Assembly: GCA_951406725.2 (NCBI GenBank)
Contig: OX597826.1
Span: 30,442,001 to 30,506,000 of the forward strand
DNA: 64,000 bases
Reading direction: 5' to 3'
From: Octopus vulgaris
Taxonomy: Eukaryota
Numbering within the stretch: position 1 is the first letter of the stretch; every line of letters starts with the position of its first letter. The notes below the pieces were generated by a model. It worked only from the letters and a program-made list of their open reading frames with translations, was not told the DNA's origin and did no database searches. Below, piece by piece: positions 60,503 to 64,000 of the stretch. Made by a program: the position numbers and the translations under genes.

Positions 60503-60742
60503 TCATATTTTATGCTTGAAAAATGTCTTGCATATTTTTAATGTTCCTCTTACAGATTTTAATGTTCGAGTTAGTTGGTTGATTGCTTTTTCTGAAATCC
60601 CCAGTTTATCCTGATTTTCACTTAAGCATTTAATCACAAAACCAAGAGCACCAATTATCATAAGTATAGTTGTGAATTTATAATCTAGATATAAACGCTG
60701 GTGGTTTCGAAACAGTTTTCCAAAGTTATCCTCTATCTTTTT
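60503..60742 (-). mobile_element. C-terminal fragment of an RLE-type (R4/Dong-like) non-LTR retrotransposon
   Basis: LYLDYKF..IIGALG..LS..KLG....GTLKICKTF, comparable to VVGALG...GTARIL of 15329-16053. Confidence 0.65.
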
Positions 60743-60837
60743 GTGTGTATGTATGTATGTATGTATGTATGTATGTATGTATGTATGTATGTATGTATGT
60801 ATGTGTATTATGTATGTATGTAGATTGGTATTCAAAC

Positions 60838-61000
60838 GGATGTAGCTCTGTGGTAAGGAGTCTGCTTCCCAAGTACATGGTTCCAGACTCAGTTCCACCA
60901 CTACACGGCACTTTGGGTGTCTTCTACTATAGCATCGAGTTGAATAAATCTTTGTGACTGTATTTGGTAGGGTAGAAGGAAACTGAAAGAAGCCTGTCAT

Positions 61001-61057
<57 letters not shown>

Positions 61058-61330
61058 CGTACAGTATATGAATATGTATATGTTCATATCTATGAGTGTG
61101 TGTCTTCATATTTGTGTTTGTCCCCCACCATCGCATGTCAAACTGTTTTGGTTTGTTTACGTCGCCGTGACTTAGCAAATTCAGCAAAAAGCGGCTAATA
61201 GAATAACTACCAAGCTTAGGAAAGAAAAATGTCCTGCGGTCAGTTTGTTCTACTAATATTTCCAAGGAGGTGACCCAGCATGACCGCAATACAATGATTG
61301 AAGCAAATGAAAATAAACGATGAAAGATTT
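60838..61330 (+). mobile_element. SINE family A (diverged)
   Basis: tgtggtaag..catggttccagactcagttcc..gtcttctactatagc..ggaaactgaaagaagcc..ccagcatgaccgca. Confidence 0.75.
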
Positions 61331-61426
61331 GTTAACTAACGGTAGAACATAATTGACAAGAGTTATAGACATAGGTACACATGCACACATGTATATATGT
61401 GTGTGTGTGTGTGTATGTGTGTGTGT

Positions 61427-61464
<38 letters not shown>

Positions 61465-61477
61465 ATACATATATATT

Positions 61478-61757
61478 AGAAAAAATAAGGTATTCAGAGA
61501 TCTGAATGGTTGTCCATATACAAATATTTATTAACATGTCATGTTTTTACAAATCATATATTTTTATCTACTCTAATAGATTCTTCAGATTTAAATCCAT
61601 TCACTAATACTATAAAAAGAGACGAATCCCTTCACGCAATTTCAATCTGAAGAATCTATTAGAGTAGATGAAAATATGTGATTTGTAAAAACATGACATG
61701 TTAATAAATATTTGTATATGGACAACCATCCAGATCTCTGAATACCTTATTTTTTCT
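61478..61757. repeat. Fold-back element: 119-bp inverted arms (61478-61596 / 61639-61757), each with a hammerhead-like motif
   Basis: Arms are near-perfect reverse complements; the right arm has aat CTGAAGA atcta-ttagag-tagat GAAA atatg tg att; TA-rich flanks. Confidence 0.9.
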
Positions 61758-61959
61758 TATATATAATATCTGTACCTCACCTCCAAACCTTCTAATATAC
61801 TTATATATATATACATATATGTATGTATATATATATATGTAAATATACATATATATATATACATATATATACATATACATATATATATATATATATATAT
61901 TCATATGTATATATACATATATATGTAAATATATATATATGTATATTTACATGCATATA

Positions 61960-62085
<126 letters not shown>

Positions 62086-62610
62086 TTTCACTAAAGTTAT
62101 ATCCCTTAGGTTTTTTTTCGCAGTAATATTATCACTACATAAATTATAATAATAGGACTACTTCAGTTATCAAATTTCGGCTTTTAAATTTCCATGCTTT
62201 ATCGGTAAATTAATAGTCTAACAATTGCCAAACGAAAACCAATAAACTGTTTAGCTCAAACTGTGAATTAAAACATTTTCTGTATAGTCAGTGGCTATTT
62301 TTATCTGTGCGTCTCGGTAACAGCTTTAAATAAACTAAAAAAAATTGTTATATTTGTAAATTGCACAGTCACTTGGAGGAGACTTATGCTAAACAACCGA
62401 AAATTTCCAGTCTAATACTCGAATGTCATTCAACGCAGCAAAACTATGTTTAATAGTTATAAGTATTATTTTATATGTGGGCGGGAGTGGCAGTATGGTA
62501 AGCAGTTTGCTTACCAACAACATGGTTCCAGGTTCAGTTCCACTGCGTCTGCGTCGCACCTTGGGCAAGTGTATGTATGCATATGTGTGTGTGTGTGTAC
62601 AACGGGCATT

Positions 62611-62662
<52 letters not shown>

Positions 62663-62765
62663 GTAAAAATAAACAGGGGAAAATGAAAAAGAAAAAATAA
62701 ACAAACAAACGTGAGAACATAGCACAAAGTATTAATATGATGCTCGGAGCAAGAGGAGAGTAGGT

Positions 62766-62800
62766 GTTTTACGTTTCGAGCATAGCTCGTCTTCGGAATC
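62766..62800 (-). ncRNA. Minimal hammerhead ribozyme-like motif (CCGAAGA core)
   Basis: Minus strand: gatt CCGAAGA c gagc-tat-gctc GAAA cg TA aaac; homologous to 4259-4293. Confidence 0.55.
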
Positions 62801-62821
62801 AGGAAACACACACGCACCCAC

Positions 62822-62876
<55 letters not shown>

Positions 62877-63231
62877 TATACAGACTTATCTCTTCTATTA
62901 TTTGCTTCCGATCATAGTCTGCAGCATGAAGGGTTTTAGTCGAATAAATCGACCCTAGTATTTCTTTTTAAAGGTTTCCGAGCCTTTATTTTTACGAGCA
63001 CTAAACAAACCAGAAAAGGGAACAAATACAGACACACAGCTATCTACTCTCTCTCTCTCACATACACACACACACACACATACATACATATATATATCAA
63101 TACGGAGCGAGTAATTCATGAAGAAATATTTGCGAAGATATTATTGACTAGCTTATTATCTAGTGTAAAAATTAAAAATCATAACAACAGAATCGATAAT
63201 ATAGTCGATTGCTGGCCCAATAAGGGATTAA

Positions 63232-63392
63232 ATAACTGAAGGATTAAAATCAATCGAAGGACATAAGTATGTCTACCTGCTGGAAATAACAGTCAAATCT
63301 CTTATTTTGACGATTTAAATAAGAGTTTTGACTGTTATTTCCAACAGGTAGACATACTCAGTATGCCCTTTGATTAATTTTAATCCTTCAGC

Positions 63393-63395
<3 letters not shown>
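63232..63395. repeat. Long imperfect palindrome (~76-bp arms, 9-nt loop)
   Basis: 63232-63307 pairs with 63317-63395. Confidence 0.9.
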
Positions 63396-63433
<38 letters not shown>

Positions 63434-63845
63434 CTGTGTCTGTCTGTCTGTCTGTGCGTGCGTGCGTGTGTTTGTATGTATGTATATATAATTATTAAGT
63501 CTAAAGATAGAGAGATCTAATGGATATAAATTAATTTATTAATTCACATTGGTGCACCCTGATGACTTTCCATCCAAGGTATTTTAAAGTGCAAGATATT
63601 TATATATGCTTTGCAGTTTGGCTGCGAAATTAAACAATTGTAGGTGAATATGTTAACTAATAGATTAATTTGTATCCTCCATTAGATCTCTGTTTTCACA
63701 CGTAATAACAATATTTGATATTTTACGATATCTTATATAATATATTCATTGAAGAAATATCTCTTCAAAATACAATATATCAAGCAAATGTATCTTGGAT
63801 AAAAATAAATATCCCTTTAAGAGGTCTAAATAACCCCATTGTGAC

Positions 63846-63893
<48 letters not shown>

Positions 63894-64000
63894 TATATAT
63901 ATGTTTGATTAATGAGAGAAACGAAAGATGGAAGATACGAGAATCTTTATTGATGACTACAATTGTTCCGACCCATCTAGCATCGATTCCTTGCAGGTGA

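Overview
AT-rich, microsatellite-dense animal genomic DNA. The SINE-like repeat families and (TA)n/(CA)n/(TAA)n tracts look like an octopus (cephalopod) genome; this is an inference from repeat style. Nearly all ORFs in the supplied track are microsatellite artefacts. The only host gene is the terminal coding exon (TM3 to stop) of a class A GPCR resembling GPR161 (50492-51823, +); no upstream exon was recognised in the window. The rest is transposon-derived: tRNA-headed SINEs, R4/Dong-like and RTE-like LINE remnants, Tc1/mariner relics, MITEs and Penelope-like elements (PLEs). The most interesting signal is a recurring PLE architecture inside (TA)n tracts: an inverted copy of the element's 3' end, lacking the terminal tail, fused to a 5'-truncated copy (32014-35817, 36462-37486, 61478-61800). 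About ten minimal hammerhead-ribozyme-like motifs accompany these and related elements, several with non-canonical cores (U3-A8 covariant UUGACAA; U4C CCGANGA). A 5.8-kb nested stack at 31737-37750 holds several of them. All calls were made by eye, without database searches.
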